DNA from: a bacterium
GTDB lineage: Bacteria; SAR324; NAC60-12
DNA: 64,000 nucleotides
Direction of reading: 5' to 3'
Assembly (NCBI GenBank): GCA_965209155.1
Contig: OZ242383.1
Location: 2,208,001 to 2,272,000, forward strand
In this document: piece by piece, positions 1 through 9,773 of the stretch
Layout of the letters: every line of letters begins with the position of its first letter
Position numbering within the stretch: position 1 is the stretch's first letter
Notes under the pieces: generated by a model
What the model was told of the DNA's origin: nothing
Database searches by the model: none
What the model saw: only the letters and a program-made list of their open reading frames with translations
Made by a program: the position numbers and the translations under genes

Positions 1-171
1 ATGGCCGTCAAACAAACTGGTGGCCGTGAGGAAACGAAGCGGATTTTTCAGTTCATTGGAAATTTTCCGTAATTTTTCATTGTTTGTACGACTCTTCCCC
101 GAGTTTCCCGCAGGTTCTGAAAAATCTGACAACCTGGTTGATCGGGAATACTCATTGTAAGTGGAATGCAT
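1..171 (-). CDS. icmF: N-terminus (partial, runs off window) of fused isobutyryl-CoA mutase/GTPase, methylmalonyl-CoA mutase family
   Basis: Not in the ORF track. Manual translation gives MHSTYNEY...KNPLRFLTATSLFDGH, matching the IcmF B12-binding-domain start (RFVTAASLFDGHD). GGAG RBS 5 nt before the ATG at 171. Confidence 0.8.
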   Translation of the reverse strand, partial: MHSTYNEYSRSTRLSDFSEPAGNSGKSRTNNEKLRKISNELKNPLRFLTATSLFDGH

Positions 172-212
172 TTTCACTCCCCTGATTCAGGTCTGTTTTT
201 CAATCCATCGAT

Positions 213-551
213 TCATTTCAAGTAATCCCCCAGAGAAACGCTCTTGCGCGTCGATTGTGGATCGACGATGTGGGGAGCGGAGGGGGCTTCTTTGGGGCTT
301 TTCATCATATATTTTCCCCAGATGGTGACCAACAGATAATAACCGAACAGTCCGCCCGTAACCAAGACTGCGGCTCCCAACAGACTGGAATCCTGCCCCA
401 AATCAAAAACGATCAAAACTGCAGGAACAAATCCTCCCAAGGGATAATTTCGGGCATCTTCAGTACTGGTGAGTAAAATCATAATTTTGGCGCAGACAAT
501 CCCAACGATTGCGCCAATGAGAAAAATACCGGCATACACCATTGCTTCCAT
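213..551 (-). CDS. Small hypothetical membrane protein
   Basis: 112 aa, about three hydrophobic segments, AGGAG upstream. Confidence 0.6.
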   Translation of the reverse strand: MEAMVYAGIFLIGAIVGIVCAKIMILLTSTEDARNYPLGGFVPAVLIVFDLGQDSSLLGAAVLVTGGLFGYYLLVTIWGKYMMKSPKEAPSAPHIVDPQSTRKSVSLGDYLK

Positions 552-805
552 CTCCTGATATCATTTAAATTCGCATGACTAATTAATTTTCCAAAATGTC
601 CGATAGTCCTTCTCTTTTGACACAGGATGAGCAATTCGACAAGTCAAAATCGCGCAATGTATAGACTTCATAGCGATACGGAGTGTGGGACGGTGTTCAT
701 GATTTTGACTTTTCCTCTGCAGGGAATGCGTGTAGCCTAAAAAATCATCGTACCGTTTTACAACGCTTTTCCTCTTGCAACCCTATAGATTTTCAGGGAA
801 GTGGG

Positions 806-1711
806 ATGCAAACCCTAAAAACTTTAAAAAAAGCTCCGCGCTCCAATCCGATCAATTGGTATCCCGGACACATGCTACGGGCTAAAAAGCAATTGATACA
901 GCGCCTGAAACAAGTCGACGTCGTCTTGGAACTACGTGATGCTCGCATTCCAATCGCTTCTGTCAACCCGGATTTTGAATCCATTTTGCAACAAAAAAAA
1001 CGCATGGTATTGCTCAACAAATCCGGTTTGGCCGATGCGAAAATCTCCCGGCAGTGGCTGGGCTTTTTCAAACAAAACCGGATGGCCTGTCATTTCATTG
1101 ATGTCCGGCAAAACCGGGGCGTTCCGCAAATCCTCCCTTTGGCCAGGGAATTGATGGAAGAAAAATGGATGCGCTTTCAGAAAAAGGGCATCCGTCCTCC
1201 TACCCTGAAACTGATGGTGGCAGGCATTCCCAACGTCGGAAAATCGAGTTTGATCAACAAATTGGTCAAACGGCACGTCGCGGCTACGGGTCCTCACCCG
1301 GGAGTGACGAAGCATGAAGAATGGATCAAACTGGGAAAAGATACCGAGTTGCTGGATACGCCCGGCATTCTCTGGCCTCGATTGGATCACCCCGAAACGG
1401 CCATGGCTCTTGCCGTGACGGGTGCCATCAAAGACCGTATTGCCGGAGAAGAGCGTTTGTGTCACTTTTTGATCGAGTTTCACTCGTGCCACTACCCGGA
1501 GGTATTGCGTGAACATTATCAACTGGAAGACTCGTCAGCCGATTCTGAAAGAATAATGGTTGCTATTGCTCAAAAACGTGGTTGTTTGAGAAGCCAAGGG
1601 GAAATCGACTTCCAAAGAGTCGCGAGACTGATCTTGCGTGATTTTCGTATGGGAAAATTAGGAAAAATTTCTTTTGAAAAACCACCTACCTCTGCTAAAT
1701 TGATTCATTAA
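806..1711 (+). CDS. rbgA: Ribosome biogenesis GTPase RbgA/YlqF (circularly permuted)
   Basis: INWYPGHM, RDARIP, NKSG (G4 variant), GIPNVGKSS, DTPG, DFRMGKLG. ATG at 806 preferred over GTG at 683. Confidence 0.93.
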   Translation: MQTLKTLKKAPRSNPINWYPGHMLRAKKQLIQRLKQVDVVLELRDARIPIASVNPDFESILQQKKRMVLLNKSGLADAKISRQWLGFFKQNRMACHFIDVRQNRGVPQILPLARELMEEKWMRFQKKGIRPPTLKLMVAGIPNVGKSSLINKLVKRHVAATGPHPGVTKHEEWIKLGKDTELLDTPGILWPRLDHPETAMALAVTGAIKDRIAGEERLCHFLIEFHSCHYPEVLREHYQLEDSSADSERIMVAIAQKRGCLRSQGEIDFQRVARLILRDFRMGKLGKISFEKPPTSAKLIH

Positions 1712-1785
1712 AAGCAGATGCATTGACCGAGATACCCGAAGTCTCCTCCCGAGTCTTTTTTTCAAAGGGATTTGAATTTTCTAAC

Positions 1786-2994
1786 ATGGCCTCTACAAAA
1801 ACCCGCTTGCCCTTCGGCGAATTCGTCGTCATGATGGCGATGATGTCGTCTTTGATCGCGCTTTCGATTGATGCGATGTTGCCGGCCTTGACGCAAATCG
1901 GCCAGGACCTGGGCGTCGTACAAAGCAACGATACCCAATTGATCGTATCCATGGTCTTTCTGGGAATCGCCATTGGTCAAATCGTTTATGGTCCATTATC
2001 GGACAGCACCGGTCGCAAGTTTCCGATTTATATTGGTTTTATCCTGTTCATTCTGGGTTGCCTGCTCTCGTCATTTGCCACTAATTTTTCGTTCATGTTG
2101 GCAGGGCGGCTTCTGCAGGGGATCGGAGCGGCCGGCCCTCGCACGGTGTCGATTGTATTGATCCGCGATGTATACTCGGGAAATGCCATGGCCCGCGTGA
2201 TGTCTTTCGTGATGATGATTTTTATCCTGGTGCCGGTATTTGCCCCTGCCATCGGACAAGGCATTCTCTTCATTTCCCACTGGAGGGCAATTTTTGTTCT
2301 TTTTTTAGCCCTGGCTATCACCAGTGGCCTGTGGTTTACCCTGCGACAACCGGAGACATTGCCCTCGGAGCAGCGTATACCCTTTTCCATCAGGCGGATT
2401 TTAAATGCCATTCTCGAGGTTTGCCGCAATCGTGTCTCATTGGGATATACCATCGCTTCCGGGTTGATTGCCGGGGCATTTGTGGGTTATTTGGGTTCCT
2501 CACAGCAAATTTTACAGATTCAATATGCGTTGGGGACGAAATTTCCCCTCTATTTTGGAGCACTTGCCTTTGCGATCGGCATAGCCTTATTTATAAATGG
2601 GCGAATGGTGATGCGTTACGGGATGCGGATTTTGTCCACAGGCGCTGCGGTGGTTTTCAGTGGCAGTTCCATCGTTTATTTTCTGGTAGCAATTTTGCAG
2701 TCAGGACACCCACCCTTGTGGACGTTGATGGTATTTGGCATGGTTGCTTTTTTCTGCGTTGGCATGTTATTCGGAAATTTTAATGCCATGGCCATGGAAC
2801 CCCTCGGTCACATTGCGGGAGTGGGAGCGACGGTGGTGGGATCGTTGACCTTGTTCATTGCAGTCCCTATGGGGATTATGATCAGCCAGAACTACAATCA
2901 AACCATTTTACCCCTGGTTGGTGGTTTTGCAATATTGGGAATTCTTTCCTTGATTGCGATTCATTGGGCCAAACAGGGACAGAAGACTTTCTGA
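1786..2994 (+). CDS. Bcr/CflA family multidrug efflux MFS transporter
   Basis: ALSIDAMLPAL, GPLSDSTGRK (motif A), GRLLQGIG, about 12 TM segments. Confidence 0.9.
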   Translation: MASTKTRLPFGEFVVMMAMMSSLIALSIDAMLPALTQIGQDLGVVQSNDTQLIVSMVFLGIAIGQIVYGPLSDSTGRKFPIYIGFILFILGCLLSSFATNFSFMLAGRLLQGIGAAGPRTVSIVLIRDVYSGNAMARVMSFVMMIFILVPVFAPAIGQGILFISHWRAIFVLFLALAITSGLWFTLRQPETLPSEQRIPFSIRRILNAILEVCRNRVSLGYTIASGLIAGAFVGYLGSSQQILQIQYALGTKFPLYFGALAFAIGIALFINGRMVMRYGMRILSTGAAVVFSGSSIVYFLVAILQSGHPPLWTLMVFGMVAFFCVGMLFGNFNAMAMEPLGHIAGVGATVVGSLTLFIAVPMGIMISQNYNQTILPLVGGFAILGILSLIAIHWAKQGQKTF

Positions 2995-3110
2995 ATGGTT
3001 TACGCTTGAATTTCATTCATGTCATCCTGGACCTCTGTGAAGGGTCTTAAAGCTTTTCCTCCTGCTCGAGATGACAACCCTGTGATGTTCAACAACCATT
3101 CGTTATGACC

Positions 3111-3668
3111 CTATATTTTTTCAAACAATTCCAACAACTTGAAGACGGTGTTGTGGTTTCTCACGGTCACTTGCCGGTAAACCGCTGCCGCCGGTAACTT
3201 CATCATTCCTGCCCGGGTCTGTTGTTTTTTAGATACCGACCAAAACACCACCCCTGGTCCTGCCGTTACGCATTCAATTTCTTTTTTTATGGGAGGCAAT
3301 TGCGTCAACACCTCTTCAGCACTGATTTCCTCGAGCGGAAAAAGAGCATTGTGTTTGAACAAGTCATTCTTTCCCCAATCTTCAGGCGCTGCTTGCAGGG
3401 CGGATGTAAATCGATCGTGGGACAAAACAACGGCACGCGCATCATAGGAAAAACGGCGGGAAAGCCCGCTCTCTATCATCCCCGACAATTCCTTGACGTC
3501 GGTCGCATTGCTGCGAAACAGGATGTTCCCGCTTTGAATATAAGTTCGCACGTTGGTGAAGCCAAGGTCTTCAAAAGACTGCTGGAGTTCCATTTTCGGA
3601 ATGATATTGTTACCACCCACATTGATACCGCGCAGAAGTGCTAAAAATCTCGACTGGTATTTTCCCAT
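3111..3668 (-). CDS. DUF1697 family protein
   Basis: ALLRGINVGG, TYIQSGNILF, VTVRNHNT signature. Confidence 0.9.
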   Translation of the reverse strand: MGKYQSRFLALLRGINVGGNNIIPKMELQQSFEDLGFTNVRTYIQSGNILFRSNATDVKELSGMIESGLSRRFSYDARAVVLSHDRFTSALQAAPEDWGKNDLFKHNALFPLEEISAEEVLTQLPPIKKEIECVTAGPGVVFWSVSKKQQTRAGMMKLPAAAVYRQVTVRNHNTVFKLLELFEKI

Positions 3669-3853
3669 AGGGTTCCATTATTTTTTAAAAACATCGTGAG
3701 GACCAAACTTTTCTGCCCGGATAAACGATGGAGCCATCAGCAAATCCTTTTACAAGGAAAGTGTTTTTTCCTTCCAGACCAATTCCACTTCGTGTTTGTC
3801 GTCAAAGAGCAGAAAGCGATATTTCTCCGACACTCGATAGCTCCTTGGTTATT

Positions 3854-4156
3854 TCAGAACAACGGTCTTGCAAACCGGTCGATATGTTCTTTCAATGGGG
3901 GGTGATGGATCATTTCATAGGCTTTGACGTCGACTTTATAAGGCAAACTGCTTTCTTGAAAGCAAGTCCACAAACGGTCCATGGTAGCTTCATCGATTTT
4001 GCCGTATAACACCAGGTCGATATCCGAATAACTCTTGTATGTCCCGGTGGCCCGGGAACCAAACAAAGCTACGGACTCGACGGCAGGTGCGACGTCTTTG
4101 ATAATTTCGTTGATCAAGCCGAGCTGTCTTTTGTTCAAACCATGCGCCATCGTCAT
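3854..4156 (-). CDS. Minimal nucleotidyltransferase (MNT) antitoxin, MntA-like
   Basis: LFGSRATGTYKSYSDIDL (GSx10DxD). 4-nt overlap with the upstream HEPN gene. Confidence 0.9.
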   Translation of the reverse strand: MTMAHGLNKRQLGLINEIIKDVAPAVESVALFGSRATGTYKSYSDIDLVLYGKIDEATMDRLWTCFQESSLPYKVDVKAYEMIHHPPLKEHIDRFARPLF

Positions 4157-4578
4157 TGCAACTGTCCATGTTCTTCGGATAGTTTTTCATACAACTCACC
4201 AAACAGGTTCAAATACGTTGCCTCTATTTGTTTGATAACGGACTCGAATTTACGGAATTCATAAGTATGACTCATTTTATTACGCGCGTCCAAGGCGTTC
4301 ATCCAGTCTTCTCCCCGGGACAGTAGTTTGGCCGCGACCGCCTCTTTAATTACGGCTCTCGGGGTGATTTGTTCAAGTATGACATTTTGGTTTTCTAGGT
4401 AGTCTTTGACGGTCTTCCATGCGAGTTCCGTGCAGTATTCGAATCGTTGAATCATGCCTTCTTTGGCAAGTTGGCTCAGCTCTTCTTCTCGATAACTTTC
4501 CACCGCGTCTTGCAGCAGAAAATAGGCCCTCTTGAAATTATCGAATCGGTATTGCCAGCGTTTTTTTTCTACTGTCAT
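4153..4578 (-). CDS. HEPN-domain toxin (HI0074 / nucleotidyltransferase substrate-binding family)
   Basis: GMIQRFEYCTELAWK and RNKMSHTY (Rx4H followed by TY). Confidence 0.9.
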   Translation of the reverse strand: MTVEKKRWQYRFDNFKRAYFLLQDAVESYREEELSQLAKEGMIQRFEYCTELAWKTVKDYLENQNVILEQITPRAVIKEAVAAKLLSRGEDWMNALDARNKMSHTYEFRKFESVIKQIEATYLNLFGELYEKLSEEHGQLQ

Positions 4579-4614
4579 GCTGACTCCTGTTGATCAACTG
4601 AAGATCAAATATTA

Positions 4615-5304
4615 TCAAATGTTGAAGCGGATTTCGATGATCTCCCGGGGTTGTACGATGTAATCCCGATTTGTCGATTTGACCAACCCTTTCGATTGGC
4701 ATTCGTTGAGATTGTGGCAGTTCATATAATCTTCGAATGCAACCACGATTCCTTTAATAAATCCCCGGGCCAGGTCGCTGTGAATTTTGGCGGCGCAGTT
4801 GAGGATGTCGGAGTCCTTTTTGACCAGCCAGGCATGCGCTTCATTCGGTGCCGAGGTGTAGAAAAACATATAGTCCGCCTTTTCCAAGGCTGACTCGATG
4901 ATAGTGTTGACGCTTTCACTGCCTTCCAACTGTACGACCGGCTTGAAACTGAAGGGAGCGAAGGTACGGAGGAGTCCTTTTTCCTCCTCGCTGAATCCTG
5001 CATCACAAAGCGGGATTTCCTGATCGAGCACTTGCAAACATTTTTCCACCAGCTTTTTTTCATGAGCTTCCCCGACCCGGGTCAGGCGCGATTCCATTTT
5101 TTCCATGTCCAGGATCAACAAGTCCAACAATTTATCTTTGGGCAGCACAATGGCGTCACACCGGTTGAATTCATCGCGGAACAACTCTGCAAAAAAAGGG
5201 GCCACTTTTCGAGGTCTGTCTTTTTCTTGCAGCGCTACCAGGTACTCGTCGTGGTATTTGATCTTTCCCTCTGGCAAGTCCATGCCGGTGAAAGCTATTT
5301 TCAT
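4615..5304 (-). CDS. YchF C-terminal (DUF933/TGS)-containing protein lacking a P-loop
   Basis: AAKIHSDLARGFIKG and DYIVQPREIIEIRFNI match the YchF C-terminus. No GxxxxGKS/T at the N-terminus. Confidence 0.8.
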   Translation of the reverse strand: MKIAFTGMDLPEGKIKYHDEYLVALQEKDRPRKVAPFFAELFRDEFNRCDAIVLPKDKLLDLLILDMEKMESRLTRVGEAHEKKLVEKCLQVLDQEIPLCDAGFSEEEKGLLRTFAPFSFKPVVQLEGSESVNTIIESALEKADYMFFYTSAPNEAHAWLVKKDSDILNCAAKIHSDLARGFIKGIVVAFEDYMNCHNLNECQSKGLVKSTNRDYIVQPREIIEIRFNI

Positions 5305-5356
5305 GATCACGCTCCGCAACAACGGGGAAGTCGAAACAAATCCATAACTCTTTTAC

Positions 5357-6622
5357 TTATGCGAGGAATGGGATGGTCATGGGACCTTCCGGCAACACGG
5401 CGACCGGGGCGTCCTCACCGAGTGGAGCAATTTCCTTGGCGATAAAAGCATCGACGTCCGCAATGGGTTCCATATGCGCGCGTTGCACCTCCCCGGCATC
5501 GAGATCGCTATAGACGGCCACGCGTGCCTTCAGCAGGATGAGCGACAAAAGTTGATTTTGCCACTGGTCGGGTTTTTGGAAAGGAGGGGTATGCAATGCT
5601 TCGAGAAATGCTTCCGGCGCATAGTCGAAGAGCATCTGGCGAAAGCTGCCATGATTGGGGAAACCGTCATTGCAACGCGCCGTCATGACGATCAATCCAC
5701 CAGGCGCAACGATCTGCGCGGCTGCCGACATGCCTTTCACCGACTGGTAAAGATTTTGATCCAGGGGAAAGCCACTGTTGCTGGTGACCACCACCGGATA
5801 CTGCCGGGTACAGGAAACCATGGCAGTTGATTTGGCAAAACGACAACCTTCTCGATGGGCCAGCGAAACATTTCCACAAAAAAACCGGGTGATCCGCTGT
5901 TGGTGATTCAAGGTGACGTTGATACAGAAATCAATGGGAATCAATGACCCATAACGCTGTATTTGTTCCTGGGTTGGATTATTTTCCAGCACGCCCCATG
6001 TGCTGCGAGGGTCTTGAATCACTGAGGCGCGATGATAATGTTGAATGGAGGCAATGTCGGCAATTCCGGGAAACACGGCTTTGAATCCTCCGGAAAATCC
6101 AGCCATGAAATGCGGTTCGATGAATCCCATGATGATCCGTTTATCGGCCTGCACATAGTTTTTATTCATCAATACGGGATAACCCCCTTCTCGTTTGCCA
6201 ACCTCCTGTAAAGTGGAGGGATCGAAACCATTGTGATTGACCACCCGGTATCGCCTCGCGATTTTTTTCCCGACCATCGCTTCAATTTCATCAGGCGTGT
6301 TTGGACGATGGGTGCCTGTCCCGAGAACGATTGTGAAATTTTCCGCGGGGACGTGATGCAGTTCCTCGAATAACCAGGGAAGCAGGCGATCCGACGGCAA
6401 AGCTCGTGTGATGTCCGGGATGACGACAGCTACTTTATCGTCTGCAGCGATCAATTCCCTCAGGGGGGCGCTGCCGATAGGATCCCCAACGGCTTTCTTG
6501 AATGCGTGGGCTTCATCACGCAAACCCGGAACGAACTTTGGACGGATCTCCTTCACGTGCTCGCTGGGAATCGTCACTTCGAGACTTTCTTTGCCATAAG
6601 GAAGTTGCGCCTTCATCTTCAT
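5357..6622 (-). CDS. larA: Nickel-pincer-dependent lactate racemase family (LarA homolog)
   Basis: VVIPDITR, GTGTHR, EPHFMAGFSGGFK, DQNLYQSVKG, DQWQ. Confidence 0.88.
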   Translation of the reverse strand: MKMKAQLPYGKESLEVTIPSEHVKEIRPKFVPGLRDEAHAFKKAVGDPIGSAPLRELIAADDKVAVVIPDITRALPSDRLLPWLFEELHHVPAENFTIVLGTGTHRPNTPDEIEAMVGKKIARRYRVVNHNGFDPSTLQEVGKREGGYPVLMNKNYVQADKRIIMGFIEPHFMAGFSGGFKAVFPGIADIASIQHYHRASVIQDPRSTWGVLENNPTQEQIQRYGSLIPIDFCINVTLNHQQRITRFFCGNVSLAHREGCRFAKSTAMVSCTRQYPVVVTSNSGFPLDQNLYQSVKGMSAAAQIVAPGGLIVMTARCNDGFPNHGSFRQMLFDYAPEAFLEALHTPPFQKPDQWQNQLLSLILLKARVAVYSDLDAGEVQRAHMEPIADVDAFIAKEIAPLGEDAPVAVLPEGPMTIPFLA

Positions 6623-6990
6623 TCTCCTTTTTCATTCAAGACTTCTTCCAGTTTGAGAAATGCGTCCCATGCTGCAGGAAAACCCGCGTAAATGGCAACC
6701 TGCATCAATGCTTCGAAAATCTCTTCGAGGGCGGCTCCATTGTTGAGCGCCATTTCAAAGTTGAGTTTGAGGGCATTGTCACGTCCGAGAGCGGCCAGAA
6801 TTCCGATACTGCACAAAGAGCGGGTTTTCAGGTCAATACCCGTTCTGGTCCAGAAACGCCCTCCGACGACGGCAAGCACTTCCTTCTCGAAATCCGGGCA
6901 AAGGGATTGGAAGCGTTCGATGAGGTGGTCGATCTGCTCGTCTCCCACCATTTTTCTGAATTGTTCCCGTCCGCGTTCGTAATCGCTCAT
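6619..6990 (-). CDS. Carboxymuconolactone decarboxylase (CMD) family protein
   Basis: WTRTGIDLKTRSL, ALNNGA, AIYAGFPAA. ATGA overlap with larA. Confidence 0.88.
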   Translation of the reverse strand: MSDYERGREQFRKMVGDEQIDHLIERFQSLCPDFEKEVLAVVGGRFWTRTGIDLKTRSLCSIGILAALGRDNALKLNFEMALNNGAALEEIFEALMQVAIYAGFPAAWDAFLKLEEVLNEKGE

Positions 6991-7029
6991 CTTTGTATTC
7001 CTTCGGGGAACCCTATCATTTTTATGATT

Positions 7030-7256
7030 CGAATAAAAGCGCCGGTTGTGCTGTAATGGGCCTTTTTGGCGGAGGACATTTTGATTTGTTTCTTATAAAT
7101 TGTTACGGGGTTCTCCTCGTGATTAAACTCCACTCTCATTACGGAGATAGCCGCCCGGTTCATATAACTCGCAATTTTTTCCAATACCATCCCCACACCG
7201 CCCGTTAAATTTTTGTTTTCTATGGACTTGGAAACCAGAGTTATGATTTCAAGACC
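7030..7256 (-). pseudogene. IS91-family (Y2) transposase internal fragment
   Basis: Reads across a frameshift as NHNSGFQVH...LEKIASYMNRAAISV, like the IS91 HSGFxVH...LxRYxxR region. Homologous to 9020-9175. Confidence 0.65.
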
Positions 7257-7390
7257 TCAATTCTTCGTGTCCACTCGACCGCGTAGTCGAGCAATTCCGG
7301 GTCTCCCAGCCCGGGGGACATTGAGAAGCCATCGAGCTTCAACGCCACGAAATCGTCGGCGGTTGTTTTGGATGTGCTATTCCGCGTCCA

Positions 7391-7644
7391 TTATTTCCCA
7401 TAAGCCTCTCTTCGATGCCGGACACGTTCAACGGTTACAATTCGTTCATCGTCATCAATCTCGTAGAGAATCCGGTACACCCCTGTACGAAGACTGTAAT
7501 CGATTTTTCCTCGAAGCCTCTTGGAGCCACGAGGTCGGGATTCTCTGATAGGTCATCGATATGCAGACTGACCAGGCGAGTATATTGCGGTGCCAGCCTG
7601 GAGATGTCTCGCATGGCGAGGCGGCTGATGCGAACCTTATACAT
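7391..7644 (-). pseudogene. RelE/ParE-family toxin with a 1-nt frameshift
   Basis: First frame MYKVRISRLAMRDI...SENP. Shifted frame continues PRGSKRLRGKIDYSLRTGVYRILYEIDDDERIVTVERVRHRREAYGK*. Shift at the C-run near 7537. Confidence 0.85.
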
Positions 7645-7849
7645 CTATGCCATCCGCTCGCAGCTCCGCCTTAGCCTGCTCCCAAGGAACATAATTCCCG
7701 TTAGCCTCTCGGTTGCGGTCGAGGGCTTCCATGTCTTCCATGTCTTCGAGCAACTCTTCCCAGAAGGCGTAATCAAGCAATATCGCTTTTTTCTTGCCGG
7801 TGGAGTCGACAAGGATTTGAGCTTTCTCAATCAGTTCATTGACTTGCAT
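7637..7849 (-). CDS. Putative antitoxin of the RelE/ParE pair
   Basis: 70 aa, acidic (WEELLEDMEDMEAL), VPWEQAK tail, overlaps the toxin start, GGAGG RBS. Confidence 0.8.
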   Translation of the reverse strand: MQVNELIEKAQILVDSTGKKKAILLDYAFWEELLEDMEDMEALDRNREANGNYVPWEQAKAELRADGIDV

Positions 7850-8158
7850 GCTATCCTCCGTCTTACACGTAACTACGATGAGTCCACGTCTTCACCCTGT
7901 TTTTTATTTACCAAGGTTTTATTATTGATTGTGTGAGTGTGATTAAGTTTTAGTTATGATTTTCCCATTCTTCGGAGGTCAAATGGAATCGCACTTCACC
8001 ATTGGACTTTCTTCGTTGGGAATTTCTTTTACCAGATACCTAATTTCGTCCTCGCATTGCTCGACTGTCCAAGAGTAGAAGTATATTTCCACTTTATGCA
8101 ATTCACTAGAGACACGGTCATTTGAGAAGTATCGTAGTCCGCCTGACTCTACAGACCA

Positions 8159-8956
8159 CTAAAGGGTGTCTACAATTTTTCGAAGCCCTTCGCCGATCTG
8201 AATCAGTTTGCTTTGGTATATAAATCGATCCCAACCTATGCAGAAGTGACGGACACCCAGGTCAATATACCGTTTTGCACCTTCGGGCATACTGATTTCG
8301 ATCCGTGGGGCCACACCATATTCAATTGATTTTTTGATGACAAGTTCTTCAAACGGTCGTATCTCCGGGGTGCTCATGAGGCCTGGTTCGCCTCTGGAAA
8401 AACCAAAATCGGCGGGCCCCCATTGAGTCATATCAACCCCTTTTTCTTTTGCAACTGTCAGGATTTCGTCTATATTCTCAACTGCAATGTTTTTCTCAAT
8501 CATAATCAGAAACACAACCGAATTCAGGTCTTCGATGTAGCCGTCTGTGTTATAACCGGATAATGCGGAACGACGCAACTTGACCCCCATGTGTCCACCG
8601 ACACCAGGGAGTTCCGGTCTTATTGCCTGGTGGCAGCGCTCGATATCCTCTACGGTGCGCACATCCGTAAAAAGCACTGCTTTGAAGCCCGCGCCAATTG
8701 AAGCTTGCGCCCAAAAACTTTCACTTTTCTGATCCAGCTTTGTCATCAGCGGTAAGTTGCCGCACTGACCCGAACGTGCCATGTGGTAGAGTAACTGCAT
8801 ATCAAACGTGCTGTACTCGGCACAGAACTCGCCGTAGTCATACAGACCAGTGTCTCCAATGATCTCTGGAAGATCGGGGTCGGTGGAAAGAAAGTGCGTA
8901 CCGATGGTTGGTTTCCCCTGATCGAGTTTCTCACGAAACGTATTAGCCATTATCAT
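8159..8956 (-). CDS. HpcH/HpaI aldolase / citrate lyase family protein
   Basis: FREKLDQGKPTIG, IMIE, WGPADF. Confidence 0.85.
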   Translation of the reverse strand: MIMANTFREKLDQGKPTIGTHFLSTDPDLPEIIGDTGLYDYGEFCAEYSTFDMQLLYHMARSGQCGNLPLMTKLDQKSESFWAQASIGAGFKAVLFTDVRTVEDIERCHQAIRPELPGVGGHMGVKLRRSALSGYNTDGYIEDLNSVVFLIMIEKNIAVENIDEILTVAKEKGVDMTQWGPADFGFSRGEPGLMSTPEIRPFEELVIKKSIEYGVAPRIEISMPEGAKRYIDLGVRHFCIGWDRFIYQSKLIQIGEGLRKIVDTL

Positions 8957-9019
8957 ATTTCCGATTCCTCCTTCCCGATAAATCGAGATTTCAACTTGTT
9001 ATTCTGCTGGCAAATCTAT

Positions 9020-9175
9020 CATTGCGACGGTGTTTCCCTCGAGAATGAACTCCTTTCTCTACGGAGATTGCCGCTCGGTTCATATATCTCGCAATTTTTT
9101 AATACCTCCCCATTGGCCCCATTTATTTTTTGTTCACCAGGGACCTGAAAACCGGAATTATGATTCCAGGACATC
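9020..9175 (-). pseudogene. IS91-family transposase internal fragment (second copy)
   Basis: SWNHNSGFQV...KIARYMNRAAISVE across a frameshift. Diverged repeat of 7141-7255. Confidence 0.65.
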
Positions 9176-9181
9176 CGCAGG

Positions 9182-9625
9182 TCAATGATTACCGACGCGC
9201 AGGGCGACGGCAGTGACGATTGTGGATGTTATGAGGCTGAGGCATCCGCCAATGATGATGTCGATGGGCACAAGGATGAACGGCCAGTTGCCTACCATCA
9301 TGTAGTTGGGCACGATGTAGGTGGCATACGCCGCCAAGCCGAGCGCGACGCTGTTTTTCATCGCTCTCGCAAGGCTCTTTTCTTTAAGCGCCGGTTCTAT
9401 CGCCAGGTAGGCGTTTGCGAAGCCGATGAGAATGAAGAATGCAAGCACTGCGATTCCCAGGGAGAAGTCAAAAGATTCTCTTCGTATTTCGGCCAGAGGG
9501 CTGCCGGAGGCGGCATGCAGCGATTCATACATGCTCATCACGGGCGGCAGGATGTTCCAGATGATGTCGATAACTGCGTACACCAAGATAGCCGCTATGA
9601 TTCTGATTATCTGTCCTGAGTTCAT
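9182..9625 (-). CDS. Membrane protein, DUF2177-like
   Basis: Four hydrophobic helices, IDIIW, GLAAYATY, W...DIIIG pattern. Confidence 0.65.
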   Translation of the reverse strand: MNSGQIIRIIAAILVYAVIDIIWNILPPVMSMYESLHAASGSPLAEIRRESFDFSLGIAVLAFFILIGFANAYLAIEPALKEKSLARAMKNSVALGLAAYATYIVPNYMMVGNWPFILVPIDIIIGGCLSLITSTIVTAVALRVGNH

Positions 9626-9682
9626 ATTGTTCTGTCTTTCCACTGCGGACATTGCCACATAGTAAGATCAAAAATTTTTAAA

Positions 9683-9711
9683 ACGATAGCACTTGAGAAC
9701 AGGTCTGTAAA
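9683..9711 (-). promoter_or_regulatory. sigma70-type outward promoter in IS91-like end, copy C
   Basis: TTTACA-17 nt-TATCGT with extended -10 TG on the minus strand. Confidence 0.7.
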
Positions 9712-9773
9712 GGCAAATTTCACCACATATGTGAATCAATAATTACGCAAACAGATAGCACCTCATAACCTGT

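Noticed and set aside
2993..3101. Possible small inverted-repeat/REP relic after the MFS gene (GAATGGTT...AACCATTC, GTCATC...GATGAC)
   Set aside because: Matches are too short and degenerate to support a call.
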